NCBI GenBank assembly: GCA_051294375.1
Contig: CM119265.1
Span: 26,976,517-27,040,516 of the forward strand
DNA: 64,000 bases
From: Paraspadella gotoi
Lineage: Eukaryota > Animalia > Chaetognatha
Reading direction: 5' to 3'
The first letter of the stretch is position 1. Each line of letters begins with the position of its first letter. Both the position numbers and the translations under genes were made by a program. Of the stretch, positions 26,602 to 50,299 are shown one piece after another. A model generated the notes under the pieces. It made no database searches, was not told the DNA's origin, and worked only from the letters and a program-made list of their open reading frames with translations.

Positions 26602-29600
26602 TTCTTTTCTTTTTCTCATAAGTATTTTTTTATTATTTTTTCATTAAGTTTTTTCTCTTCCTCAATTCAAAATCTGTCCACCCACCTTTTTTGCCAAATT
26701 ACTTTTCTCGTTTACTTTTTTTTTCTTTTTTTTTTTCTTTTTCGTTTTTCTTTTTATTTATTCTTTTCATTTTTGTTTCTTGTTTTCTCTTTGATTCGAA
26801 TTTTTCTCCTTCCTTCTCTCTCCTTTTGTAGAAAATTGTTTTATATTTTCTATGCTAACGTGGACACTCACGACGAATTTCGCCCGACGTGGAATTGTTT
26901 AACTCGAGTCCCGATGGAAAGTCTTTTCAAACTTCAAAGTTAATCAAGAAATCACTCGCGTCAATTGGTTATTGAGAGAGAAGTTAAAAATGCCCGCGAA
27001 AAATATTTTACCATCGAAAAGTGAGCAGAAAATTTCATCCCACGTCCTTATAAGGTTACATCTTTCACACCTTTTCTTTCTTATTTTTCCTTTTTCTCTC
27101 TCCTTTTCCTTCTCTTTTTTTCTCTATCTATTTACTCATTTTTCTTATTTTCTTTGTTCTTTCTCTCATATTCTCTTTTTCCTCCTTCCCCATCGCCTTC
27201 TTTTCTTTTCTTTTTTCTTTTCCTCCATTTTTATTTCTTTCCTTTTCCTTCTACTCATTCACCTTTTCATTTTCCTCCTCTCATTCTCCTTCTATTCCTT
27301 CTCATTTTCTCCTTCTCCTTCTATTCTTTCCATTTAAACCTCTCTATTCTCTAATATTAAAATTCCCACTCCATTCAAAATCCATATTAAACTTTTCGGA
27401 CTCAGAAGTTTTCTTTTTTCGTTGCTTTAACTTCAAAATAAAGAAAAAAAACTTCTGACCCTTTGAAAGTTTTCAAAATTGAATTGAAAAAGATAAATGT
27501 TTACTTTTATTCCACCCAAATTCATAGAAAATTTAACATCCTATTGTTTTTTCTTCAAAACCCAGAAAACAAAAAGTCTTTCGTCGAAGGCTTCGTTCCA
27601 AGATTCCCCTTTCCTACACCCCACTTCTCAGCCCCTTGTTCCCCTGTTCCCCAGACTCCTCTTTCCTAATCCCCAGTTCCCCATTTCTTTTGTTCCTGAC
27701 CCTCCTTATCTCCTGTTCCCCTGCTCCCCTGCTTCCCTGCTCCCNNNNNNNNNNNNNNNNNNNNNNNNNNNNNNNNNNNNNNNNNNNNNNNNNNNNNNNN
27801 NNNNNNNNNNNNNNNNNNNNNNNNNNNNNNNNNNNNNNNNNNNNNNNNNNNNNNNNNNNNNNNNNNNNNNNNNNNNNNNNNNNNNNNNNNNNNNNNNNNN
27901 NNNNNNNNNNNNNNNNNNNNNNNNNNNNNNNNNNNNNNNNNNNNNNNNNNNNNNNNNNNNNNNNNNNNNNNNNNNNNNNNNNNNNNNNNNNNNNNNNNNN
28001 NNNNNNNNNNNNNNNNNNNGAGAGAGAGAGAGAGAGAGGGAGAGAGTTAAATAAAGAAATAACAAAATTTTATCACTCTAAAATGCGATTCAAACCAGAT
28101 ATATATAAAATTTGATTTCGATTTGATTCGTAATTTTCGGTGAGAGATATTCTTTTAACTGACCCCAGCCACTTTCCCCTTACCCAGTTTCAGCTTCGCC
28201 AACTCACCCGATAGGATATGTTGTCCATAGCAACATTGTGAAGCAAAGCTCGAAGACCGGCGGCCCAAGCGGCAGCCTGTTCTTCTTCCTCGGCGATGAG
28301 ATAAATGAACCGCGTGTTCACGAAATCTGTGGAATTGTTGTTCTTTCGTTGACTATCGTTGTAAAGATATATATATATATTAGACCTCCCCAGTATCAAA
28401 AAAATTGTCTCCCAAGTTCTCACTCGGTTCGGTTTCCCGTTATTAATCAATATTAAATAAGTTTTAACTCAAATCTGGAAAAAAAATGTGATCGCGTATC
28501 AAACCCAATGAAGCGTCAAAGTCAATTAGCGCAATCCTCGTGTTGTAAATTTTGTTTTTCTTAAAAAAAATCTAATGTTTTTTCCTTATTGTTTAATTTT
28601 TTATTAAATAATTTGCTACCAATGATTTAAAACTAAATTAATTATTTAAAAAGTATATTTTTTAAAACAGGGCATCTGTATAAACCGGATGTAAGGTAAA
28701 AATAACCGGAGGTAAAGGAAAAATAACCGGAAGTAGTATTAAAATAACCTTTCCTAGAAAAAGGTATAATTTTAGACCAAGGCAATTAAAAGAACTAAAA
28801 CTTAACATTTGAAGAGCTTATGCCTACAATACAGAGAGTAGAGAGATACAGTAAAAGTATATATATATACAATATATATAATTCATATAATATAATATAT
28901 AATTAATATACTAATAATAATTAATAATAATAATAATAATAAATAATAATAATTAAAATACTAAATCCTTTCATAAAAAATATCAAAAATAAAATAGAAA
29001 AATGAAAAAATATCGGTGAAACAAAAGTAATTTGCAAATTTTACATATATTAAGTGATAAGATATAACATAAAATTCTTGTAACCAGAAGAACGACGGAT
29101 TACGAACCGAGAGTTCTATGGAGTCCAACATTTTAAATGTATAGGATCTCGGATTGGTCAGTCCTTTTTCCTTACCCAAAGTTATAAAAAGAGACGATAC
29201 TTTAACCCTAAAGAGCATTAGTGAGGATAAATACCCAATGGATTCATGACAGTTAGTAAAAATTTAAAATGTTATATTATCAATTTTATGAATTAACTTT
29301 AAAGTTTGACTATTTTTTAATAAGTTTCTCTTGGTCTTTATGTTGAGAATAGACTTGCTACATGGATTCACGCCTCACGCCGCATTTTATATCTACTACA
29401 TATTAAATCATATACTAAATTGATTATTCTTCAAATTTCTATAAAGAAATAGCAAAGCAGAAATATAGCTCGTTCACGGCGTTACGGCTAAAATCCTCAA
29501 TAGACATGTATTTATTTCAACTCTATGTAGGGTTGCAGAGGATGTAAGATGAGATGAGAGAACTAAGAAAATTTAAAGTAAAAGTTTTATGGAAACGCCA

Positions 29601-32600
29601 AAATGGTGAAAATGAAATTATCAAATCGTGAATAGTTTGAGTTGCCTCACTTTCTGATGATTTTTAAAACAAATGACGACCAAAGCGAGCGATTCAAAAA
29701 TGTATTATTAGTCAGTTAATAATAGCGCCAACAAGGGAGGTAAAAGCATTTGACTTTTGTTGTTAGTAAACAAGCGCAAATAACAACAAGAAAATCTTGG
29801 TTTAAAAAAATAAGTGATACCGGTTCCTAAAACTCATTTTTCAAAGGATTTGGAGGCACAGCCGGGACAGTTAGATATCAAGTTGATGCTGTTTGGATAA
29901 GGGTGAATTATGAAATACGTTTTGGGGAGCAATGGCTGTAATACTACTCCAAAATGTCAATTGAGCACTGCTCCTGACACCTGTCTAAATGAGGCCCTCT
30001 TCTCACCTACAGTAAGGTGAGGCAGTCATCCGTTATGGCTTCTTTGCAACAGAGTGACGGACCCCCTTCCTCTATCTAAAGCTATTCTTTTTGAGGGATG
30101 CCCGGTTCGTGGAGAGACGATACTAAGTTGCTGTCAGTAGGGTTGACCTCTATTTTGCTATCCCTTAACTCATGTCTCTTCACACTTTATCCCCAATCCA
30201 TTCTCCATTCTCTGTTCTTGTTAAAAACCTTATATTCTCTCTCGTCCAGCTCTATTTCTAATAAAGACAGCTTCTCAGTGATTATGTCAATTATAAACTT
30301 AATTTCCCATTATTTTTTAAATTATTATTTCACAATTTTTTAAATTATTATTATTAACCAATTTAGGTAGAATTCATATATTATCTTATTATTATTCTCT
30401 CAATTATTTTTAATTATTTTTTTTAAGAACAAAAATTAGAGCTAGATTGGGAGATTTTTAAGTTCGTCTTATTGTATCAAGGAAAAAATAAACTAAATTT
30501 TATAAAAACCATCTATTGAGTAATTATTTTTTGGTATATTGTCTATTTCAAATGTTTTATTTTAATTTGCTCGTTTAATCTAGCCCAAAAGATGTTAAAT
30601 TGCTTTATCTATACAAGTTATTTTTTTTTACCTAGGGTAAAAAATATTACCTTTACATGTTTGAGAATTGATTGTAGGATATGAACTAAGCTTGCCCAAA
30701 ACTGTGATTGCCATTGCTTAAAAAAAAGATAAAAAAAAAATTGTATAGATTATTCAGCAATAATAAAATATCGAACGGATTAAAAAATTCACTTTTTGTT
30801 ACATTTAAATTCAATTTCATTGAAATTGGAACAATAAAAAAACACTTATAGGCTGAAAACCTTACTTCCGGTTAAGGCCACGCCTCCATAATAAACAAAG
30901 ATTTTTAAATTTTATAAACAAAAAAAGGGAGAAGCTACTTGTATTTTTTTAAACTAATATTGGTAAAAAAATCCCTTATGTTATAGCATATTAAACCCTC
31001 TTTTCTTTAAAATTCTTTATTATCATTTTGCCGCTATATTTTTATTTGCATTCAATATGTCTTACTTTGACGCTCGATTGGGTTTATTTAGCAACAACAT
31101 TTTCTTGCTTAAAAACACGGCTCTTTTAAAATGAATTTAAGTTAAGAAATAATGGAAAACCGGACGAGTGGAGAACTTAGTATGGGGTTTTTTGAGGCTG
31201 GGGAACTCTTAATATATATATTAATTATATGTAGCTAACAACAACGAAATCTGTAAAAAATATTTAGCTGGCAGAGGTGGTAGTCCAGCATAAGAAACTC
31301 TCGGAATATTTTAGTTAAATAATTTCAAAAATTTACTTTACATAAATCATACTGTCTTGGGTGTTCCCAGTCACTTCGATACTATAAGTTCACTCGAACA
31401 GATGAAAACCCTCCGTTCCCTCACGCCTGTCCAGATGACAACTATCTGCCGAGTTCTCCCAAACAGATGAAAACCCTCCGTATCCCTCACGCCTGACCAG
31501 ATGACAACTATCTGCCGAGTTCTCCCAAACAGATGAAAAACCCTCCGTTCCCTCACGCCTGACCAGATGACAACTATCTGCCGAGTTCTCCCAAACAGAT
31601 GAAAAACCCTCCGTTCCCTCACGTCCTGACCAGATGACAACTATCTGCCGAGTTCTTCCCAAACAGATGAAACCCTCCGTTCCTTCACGCCTGTCCAGAT
31701 GACAACTATCTGCCGAGTTCTCCCAAACAGATGAAAAACCCTCCGTTCCCTCACGTCTGTCCAGATGACGCCTATCTGCCGACCTGACCTGTACAGATGG
31801 AAAGGGAGAACATTCTCCCATCGACTGGTCTCTCCTCCGTGATGTCGACGATCTCTTGCAACTTTGGATCCAACGGAGTTTTGTCACTGAAGGAGAAAAA
31901 TGAAGGGAGTGGAATGAGAACATAATAATATTTTAATAAATATTGGCGAAATCTAGAGAGAATAATATTAAATATTAAGAAGACTAATTTATTATTGCCT
32001 TAATTAATTTCTTTGCTCTGCCATATGTAATAATGATTAAACTCGTATTCAATTAAAGTTTTTTCCGTGACTTTGAATCGTCCTTTGATAAAAATCGCAA
32101 ATAATATGGTGGACTAAAATCCACCAACCGTTCATCAGCGGCTATTGGTGCCGGAGGCAAGTCATTCGCCTCCCAACCCAAAGGTCCGGGGTTCTAGCCC
32201 GGTGGTCGCCTAGCAGTAAAGAGGGACGGGGCGCTTCACCCGCCTGTAACACGGTGTTACAGCCTGGTCCGAAGCTCAGGGACTGCTTATATTGAACGGT
32301 TCTGTCACTAACACATAACATTTATCCCTGTCTCTTTAATGCATTGGTTGTTATCAGAGGGTTCAGTTTGTTAAAGAGGGACTTGGGGTTCATTACTATT
32401 CGTTCTTAAAACTCATTTACATATTGTATCAATTTAGATCATTTCTCGTATCATTTGATACAGTTTTCATAGAAGTCCTAATTTTTTATTTCGATTCACC
32501 TTTAATAGAGTTTATGAATGATTTAGTTTTCCAATTAATATTTAGATATTTAGATTTTAATCATTTGAATCTGATAAATTAAAAGATAAAGTTACGTGTA

Positions 32601-33242
32601 TTCAATTATGTCGGCGATGTGTTGAACTTCGACGATTGCGGATTCTGGTTTTTCGTCCGAGAACCAACGCAAGAAGAATCTGCAGTCATCGACCTGGAAA
32701 TAAAATAAAAATCAATCGATCGTTGATCATAAAACAGAAAAATTTTATCTGCATATATGTTGTTAATTATCGTTTTCTCTGTTTTGTTAATCTATTAATT
32801 ATGTCGTTACAATTGTTTTGTTAATCTATTAATTATATCGTTACAATTGTTTTGCATAACGCAATTCGTGGTTGACGAATTAAAACACGAATGAAACAAT
32901 TTTTTTTACAAGAAAATCGGACATCAGCCATTAAAACTAGACCAATTAGTAATTAAGCAATGAATGGAATCAAGATTACCTGAAAGTAGGAACTCGGTTC
33001 GTAAGTTCCAACGTCGTGGCCGACCTCTCCCTCGAACTTATCGAATACTGCCCCGACCTAGAAGAAGATAAGTTAGAAAGAAAGTCGAGATAAGTTAAGC
33101 TTTGAATACGAATAAAACGAGAACGACAACAACAACAACAACAACAACGTTTCCTCACCTGCATGAATTGAGGGACTTCCCGACGCCACTCAAAAGTGTC
33201 CTGCATCCAACGCGATTGTGCTTTTGATGGCGCCTTCTGCAT
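7445..33242 (-). CDS. PLCB4: Phospholipase C-beta (PLCB4/NorpA-like), 5' part: PH, EF-hands, X domain, X-Y linker; 3' exons lie beyond or are missing from the window
   Basis: Exons with GT-AG boundaries and consistent phase: 33159-33242 (..[12 protein letters not shown]), 32980-33057 (VGAVFDKFE..), 32596-32693 ([10 protein letters not shown]), 31789-31886, 28208-28326 ([12 protein letters not shown]..), ~26870-26932 and ~22545-22650 (both error-containing), 17619-17726 (DLGLPSGK), 17155-17303 ([12 protein letters not shown]), 14551-14652, 14228-14284 ([14 protein letters not shown]), 14073-14156 ([28 protein letters not shown]), 13946-13988 (CVELDCWDG), 9657-9819 ([30 protein letters not shown]), 8167-8367 ([15 protein letters not shown]), 7624-7692, 7445-7545. 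Both catalytic His motifs are present. Family call is firm; beta-4 orthology is inferred. Confidence 0.92.
7995..8232 (-). repeat. 66-bp tandem repeat (about 3.5 units) copying the PLC exon end plus donor ([22 protein letters not shown])
   Basis: gcag|gtgaga occurs at 8167 and again 132 bp downstream at 8035; the middle copy has gcag-ctgaga. Confidence 0.9.
8661..9686 (-). repeat. 39-41-bp minisatellite made of a PLC exon 3' end plus gtgagt donor; spans an N-gap
   Basis: The unit ggcgcagcagtacaaaatggcgcaatact-gtgagtaaggg equals the last codons (AQQYKMAQY) of exon 9657-9819 plus its donor. Confidence 0.9.
16555..16790 (+). repeat. Telomere-like (ATTAGG-TTAGG)n 11-bp tandem tract
   Basis: Repeated ttaggattagg units with occasional ttaggg. 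Confidence 0.85.
18005..18610. repeat. Degenerate ~200-bp tandem repeat, about 3 units
   Basis: The block atgaattca..ggtaagaaa..ttggcaatgg..attacttgattcgatgagtc recurs at ~18085, ~18290 and ~18480. Confidence 0.7.
19250..21150 (+). mobile_element. Degraded Gypsy-like LTR retrotransposon 5' portion
   Basis: AATAAA (~19320), then ..CA (19418) followed by tggtgacccgac (19420-19431), which resembles the tRNA-Trp primer-binding site TGGTGACCCCGAC. A GC-rich frameshifted gag/protease/RT-like stretch follows (DGAQV ~20115). Confidence 0.45.
22730..26051. other. Error-rich duplicate of 26076-28370 plus 31213-31975 (second haplotype or gap-fill artifact)
   Basis: Colinear near-identity with many 1-bp indels, including copies of three PLC exons and the 63-bp minisatellite; ends at an N-gap. 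Confidence 0.85.
28383..31208. mobile_element. ~2.8-kb non-autonomous DNA transposon with long imperfect TIRs (Sola3-like ends)
   Basis: Left end gacctccccag..aagttctcactcg..aaacccaatgaagcgtcaaagt matches the reverse complement of the right end gagttccccag..aagttctccactcg..aaacccaatcgagcgtcaaagt (~140 bp). The right end is CTC followed by TTAA. The element is absent from the duplicate copy at ~25410. Confidence 0.75.
31395..31800 (-). repeat. ~63-bp minisatellite (about 6 units) starting at the PLC donor at 31788
   Basis: Unit aaacagatgaaaaccctccgttccctcacgcctgaccagatgacaactatctgccgagttctccc; the first unit overlaps the exon end (catctgt). Confidence 0.9.
32107..32320. mobile_element. Interspersed ~215-bp element with a tRNA-Gly-like segment, subterminal inverted repeats and a terminal hairpin (copy 1)
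   Basis: Near-identical to 49716-49930 and to the partial copy 48336-48437. Hairpin tggtgga-ctaaaa-tccacca; aaccgttca..tgaacggtt inverted pair; tcgcctccca anticodon-like arm and ggttctagcc B-box-like motif. Confidence 0.8.
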
Positions 33243-34298
33243 CTTTACCTAATGTTCTTTTATCAATTTGACGAAATTTTATTTTATATATATATTTTTT
33301 TTGGTTAATTTTAGTTGGTTTTTGTTTTATCTTTTAATCCTTTGTTGGCAAGAGTAGATTGAACGTGTCCAAACTTAAAGGTCGAATATTTTTTTTTCTT
33401 TTCTTTTTTATTTGTTGTTTGTTTGTTTGTTTGTTTGTTTGTTTGTTTATGTTTTTTAGAGTAATTTTTTTACTTTCGCTTTTGTTTCGTTTAACTTTTT
33501 TTCAACACAGATTTTTTTTAATTTTTTTTTTTTTTTTTTTTTGTTAAATTTTTACAAAATGTTGCGTTTTTGACAGATTTGGTTGACGGAAGACGAAAAA
33601 AACGACAGAAAAACAAGATTCTTACACTGACGAGACCACAAACAGTTACGTTGTTGATGTTCACTTTTTTTTGTTTTGTTTTTTTTGTTTTTGTTTTACT
33701 TTTGCGTGGATGTTAAAAATTGGCAGTCTTGTCACACTTTTCACTAGAAATCACTATGAGTCACTAGGAGTCACACAGCATGAGTTATGAGGATACATGG
33801 CTGTCGCTAATAAATGAGCAAAAAACACTTAGCATGCGGTTTTGACCTGAAAAAAAAATAAGAAAGAAAATAAGATGAGAAAATAATTAAAACTAATTAT
33901 TATTTATCTTTAATTCAAAATCAAATGTGCAATAAATTTTAAATATCTCAAATGTGCATTCTGTACATTCTGTCAATAAAATCGTCAAAAAAAGGTATTC
34001 GTAAAAAAAAACCAAAAAAAATCATTCTCTAAAGAAAAAAACATTAAAATTTGACATAATTATTTTTTTTAAAGATCAACCATTTATCTCAAATTTTTTT
34101 TAGATTAGATTAGATACACGATATTATTAAAAATCGATTTTTCTCTGTTAAAGAGATTCAAATTAAATTTCAAAAGCGTCCAGTAAAAAAAATGAGAAAA
34201 GCTCAAAGCCGGAAATGAGTCCGACGCTTTTAACGTGGCGTCCAATAGGAGGAGGAAGAGGAAGAGCAACGCCCCCGACGTGAGACGCGGATTTTGCT

Positions 34299-34330
<32 letters not shown>

Positions 34331-35621
34331 TTGCCAATTTAATGAGACAATTAATATTTCCATCGCATCAACGAGTCGTTAATGAATCTAATTTTTAATT
34401 AAATTTAATGTTTAGTTTAGTAAAGTTTATAATTTGAAATTTTATCATTAAAAAACCCAAATCTGAAAAACAAAAAAAATGCGACCATAAAACTAAATGT
34501 AAAAAGACACAAAATTAATTTAAAAATTTTGAAAAAAACAAAATTAATATCGGATTAAAAGAGGCTGGGAATTTAAATGCCCTGTCCACGCCACAAAGGG
34601 GAAAGAGACTTAACAAATTAGTTTAATCATAATTACTATTTAATATCAGTTAAAGTAGTTAAAAAACTATAAAAAAAAACATAAACTAACTTTACATTTT
34701 GGCGATGGTTATTGTAATGAAGAGAAGAAAAACCATAAAAATGACGACACAGAAAAAAGTTCGAGGTTTTGTTCGTTTGTTTGTTTGTTTTTTTTTCAAA
34801 TTAACAAATATTACTATCACACAATTACGAACGATAAAAACGGTCTAAAATCTACAATAATGTATAGTCGGGGGTTTCGTTTTCGTATTATAAAATTACA
34901 AGCGATCGCGGAAATTAATGATGGTGAAAAAAAAGCGAAAATCTTGACAACAAAAAATTATTTAAAAACCGATCATTTTTTTTCTTTTCTTTTTAATTCC
35001 TTAAATCATCGATTTTTTTAAAATATAATAAATCAATAAAAATCTTAACTTAAGAAGAAAACTTAAGAATAAAAAAAAATGAGCGTTTTCTGAGTTGACA
35101 AAAAACAACTGGAAAAATAAAAGCTTTTGTGTTTTTATCGTCGTTTTGACAAATTATTGTACGCATAAACTCATTTTGATTTTTAAGATTTTTTTTCGTG
35201 GAGAAAATTTGTAAGTATCGAAGCAGAAAGTTGAAAAAGGACAAAAATTCCGCTCGACGCATTTGGCATTTTGGCATGTCATTTTCAGCATGTCAGATTT
35301 GACGTGCTATGGTTAGCATGCCCTCTTTGGCATGGAAGATGACGGTCCCCCTTTTTTAAAAAATAGCAGATTCGTTGTAAAAACGCAAAACACTATGTAT
35401 TACTAACCAACAAAGCTAATCTCGCGCTACAACGTAAATATTTTTTTAAAAAAGTTATGAGTAATATACTAGTGACATTCCTTCTTAATTGGTTATCATA
35501 GAGAACTTTAGAGGTGCTTTAAGCTTAATTCAATTAGGAATACCCACAAAAAAGTGCAAAAAAAAATCAGGATTTTTTTTTTTCCTGAGAGCGAATACAA
35601 TACAGATTCTAACGAGTTAAT

Positions 35622-35817
35622 GGCGCTCTTTTCTCAAAGCGCTCCATTTCTGTTCCTTTATCGCGGAATTTAATTTTAACCTCAATATTTAAGCTAAATA
35701 TATTTTAAAATTTATAAACTAATCACTAACCTTAGTCCCTAAGTTAATTCAAGTTAAAAAAAATACTCTAATTCCAAATTTAAGATAAAATGGGGCGTTC
35801 TGGGAAAATAAGGCCGT
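35622..35817. mobile_element. MITE-like element, ~195 bp, imperfect ~28-bp TIRs
   Basis: ggcgctcttttctcaaagcgctccattt versus the reverse complement ggccttattttcccagaacgccccattt; ctaacc-type core. Confidence 0.45.
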
Positions 35818-36915
35818 GCAAAAAATCGGCGAATCAATCAGAAGTTCTCACATAAGTTGCTACCAATCTGTAGATTACGCCTCCAATGCTGAAACTTGCT
35901 GCAACTTGCTTCAAGTACCAAACCGAGCGAAAAGAATAAGAATGAGTAAAAATGCACAATCGAATGATCGATATAAAGCATGACATTTTGACATATGACA
36001 TTAGATAATTTTCGAAACAGACAAAATAGATACATCGTGGCGACATAGAAAGAAAGTTTCGTTGTTTTTTTTCTTTTTTTTTTTTTTTTTAAATTTTTTA
36101 AAATCTTAAATTAATATCGAATAAACTTTTTAATTAAATATATTGAGTCAATCCATGTACACGAAACGAAATCAAATTTTTTTTTTTTACTCGAGATATT
36201 TATGTCCAAAATTCTTGACATGATATTTCAAAAAAATTTACTGTTAATATTTACAAAGCGAAAACGATTTAATTCAAGACGTAAACACGAATCAGGGAAA
36301 AAATATTCTGAAAAAAAAATTGTTTAATTATTGCAAATGTACGTAGTTTTTTTGAGGAAGAAACAAATGTTTGTGTTAAAATGTCTTCCCCTCCTCTTTA
36401 AAAATTCGTGTCTCCTCAACCACATTGAAAAAGCGATTGACAAAATCCATTCTATTTTTGAATGTGTTCATGTGTTTTTTTTTAACAAATACATAAGTCT
36501 TTCACAAAATTAAATGTTTTTTTTTTTTTAAACAAATGGGTACAAACCTGACTTCTTTTACTAGTCTTTCCCCCCCCACGTTTCACCCACCCCCCCTTTC
36601 CCCCCCACGTTTCACCGCCCCCCCTTTCCCCCGCATCGGCGGCTCAAATAAAATCCCAATTTTCGATAGACGTTCCATTTCATCCAAAATCAAAATCTCG
36701 AATCTCGAATTCAGACGAAGGTCAAATGTCACAAATCAAATTTATTGTAATTGTGATCCATCGGTATCCCTTACGGTTGCTCCTTCTGCGGCTCCGGAAC
36801 CGGTCAACCACTCTCCACTCCCGCTCCTACATTACTCCACTAAACCAGCTCCTCTCTATGCCACAAGTCTCAGCCATCACCTTCCACGGCCGCCCTCTTA
36901 CATCCGGGTTCCGCC

Positions 36916-40737
<3,822 letters not shown>

Positions 40738-40856
40738 TTTTGTTGTTGTTGTTGTTGTTATTTGTTGTTTTCTTTAAGTCGAAGAAGCAATTTACGATTT
40801 CTGATGAAAAAATTACGGAGAATAATTTTTTTAACGTCATCACACGCACCGAAAGT

Positions 40857-41108
40857 ATTATTATGAATAAATTTTATTTAATAATGGAGACTGCAGTGCG
40901 GGTACAATAAAAAAACTTTTTTTTTTGGCCAGATATTTCGACTTATTTTTCTAAGTCAGCATCAGCGGAATCAAGTAACAGGATAATTTGATATCTCTGA
41001 TGGTGACCTAAAAATATCTGGCAAATATCAAAATATTTGGCAAAAAAAAGGGCTTTTTTTGTACTCGCACTGCCTTCTCCATTATGAAATTGATTTTATT
41101 AATAATAA
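40857..41108. mobile_element. ~250-bp imperfect palindrome containing Penelope-type minimal hammerhead relics
   Basis: ataatggagactgcagtgcgggtacaa.. is inverted as ..ttgtactcgcactgccttctccattat. The minus strand at 40929-40968 reads ccg-CTGATGc-t-gactt-loop-aagtc-GAAA-tatc-tgg. Confidence 0.6.
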
Positions 41109-41822
41109 ATATTTTGGTTCAAAATACAGATGGTAAATTGAGTACTGGTTATAAAAATGAAATAAAGGAACTTGGTAAATGACTTCAAGAAACTGTTTCT
41201 GAGCTATTGTCTCAGAGTCCCATTATACAATATACATTAGACCTTTCCATATATGAAAAGTTTTGAAATCAAAAAATGAGTATTGTGTAAAAGGTGCCCA
41301 TACATCATATGAATTTTTTGAACATAGTTTTGCACTTAATTTTCTCTTTTTTACATCAAACACTTTCTTAAATCTGACGAAAACTCACATTAAACCCATG
41401 AATACGATTTTTTTTTACATTTCGTCCTTATGAACAAACATTTCTCCGAAAAACCTCAATTTCGTAGTTCGCTTGGATTTAAATTCGTAATTGGACGTTT
41501 AGCGTGAATCTGGTTATCATTTTAATTTTCCCGCTTTGCATATCTTCCCAATACTTTATCGCTATTTACCCTTATTATTCGAAAATCACCAGTGAGTACC
41601 ATAGAACTGGCATCAGCTATTTAACCATTTTTCAACCCCACACATAACGCTTATTGATTTATTGTCTCAGAAAAAAACTTGAGTAATCAATGAAGAAGCA
41701 AATGCAACATTTCCCGTCGACGCGAAAAACGATGGCACAAAATAAACAAAACTGATTCGCTTTGGAATTTTTTGACGATAAAAAAAATAAACAAAAAGAA
41801 AAAAAAAGGCCATTTCCTAGTG

Positions 41823-41879
<57 letters not shown>

Positions 41880-42510
41880 TGGAAGGGGGCAAGGAAGAAG
41901 AGAGCCTTGCCTCGGGTCGTTGGGGCGGGAAAGAGTGGGCGACTGATGGAACTGCCTTCATGACGAGAGCTTTTGCCAGAGAGAGAGAGAGAGAGAGAGT
42001 TGCATCACTCGTTCTGTCCATTGGAATCACGTTCACAAGAAGGAGGAGGAGGAGGAGGAGGAGCAGGAGGAAAAGGAGGAGAGCAGGAAAGGCATTAATA
42101 TCGGATCCTATTTGAAATAAAATTATTTAATTTCAATGATCAAAAAAGGTAATTTGTATTATATATTCAACTAATTTTAGTGCTTGGAAAATGATTCTTT
42201 TCTGGCCGGTTTTAAGTTCTGTTGAACAGAAAAAATCCCATTTTAACTGTTTGACTTTTGTTTTAAAATGAAGCGGAATTTAAGATGATATCGATGGGCA
42301 TTGGGCAATGGGCAATCTACACAGGGATGCTCTTTTGTTTAAGATTGAAAACTCAGACTAATATCAGTGAAAGCTAAGCATGATAGTTTTTAAAAGAATG
42401 ACTCGTTTCAGAATTTGTTTCATTTTTTTTAATTTCACAATTAATCAATTAATAATTAAAACACCGATTAAACACGAGAGAATCTTCCCCCCCCCCCAAC
42501 CAATCTCCCT

Positions 42511-49625
<7,115 letters not shown>

Positions 49626-49715
49626 GAAAGGATATTTTGCAGATTTGTCGGTAAAAATAATTCGCACGAGACATTTTTCTCTTCAACTTTTAAAAGCTGT
49701 GAGAAATTTCTCACT

Positions 49716-49930
49716 ATGGTGGACTAAAACCCACCAACCGTTCATCAGCGGCCATTGGTGCCGGAGGCAAGTCATTCGCCTCCCAACCCAAAGGTCCGGG
49801 GTTCTAGCCCGGTGGTCGTCTGGCAGTTAAGAGGGACGGGGCGCTTAACCCGCCTGTAACATGGTGTTACAGCCTGATCCGAAGCTCAGGGACTGCTTAT
49901 ATTGAACGGTTCTATCACTAACTCATAACA
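49716..49930. mobile_element. tRNA-Gly/hairpin element (full copy), ~90 bp upstream of the ZPBP-like ATG
   Basis: Near-identical to 32107-32320. Confidence 0.8.
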
Positions 49931-50299
49931 ATAATTACTGTCTCTTCATCACTTTATTTAATCGTCCGCCCCTCTGGCTGAAACTATAACTATACGACTT
50001 TCATCAAATTTTTTTTAAATCAATTTTTTTAATTTTAACTAATTCAAACGTGACCACTGACCGGGGCGAACAAACAGGGATTAGCCGTGGTTTGATGGAC
50101 AGATGTTTATCTTTTTATATCAGGTCTAAAATCACACATGTGTGCGTAGAAAGTTAAACCGTTTAAAAAGTACTAAATAAATTTATCTAGACCTGTAAAC
50201 TGTATACTGTAGTTAATCTCACTAGCAATTACGTACGTATTTATTCAGGAATTTGTGGCAGCAAGACTTAAAGCTGCCTCACTGCTATTCGTCCTCAGC

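Noticed and set aside
31395-31800. CRISPR-like appearance of regularly spaced repeats (also 8661-9000 and 39690-40122)
   Set aside because: Units are contiguous with no unique spacers, the context is eukaryotic introns, and there are no cas genes.
32135-32210. Functional tRNA-Gly gene
   Set aside because: Degenerate A/B boxes and embedding in a multi-copy element indicate a tRNA-derived repeat.
32615-32700. Plus-strand reading [13 protein letters not shown].. resembling a PLC PH strand
   Set aside because: It is the antisense shadow of the true minus-strand exon, which has proper splice sites and phase.
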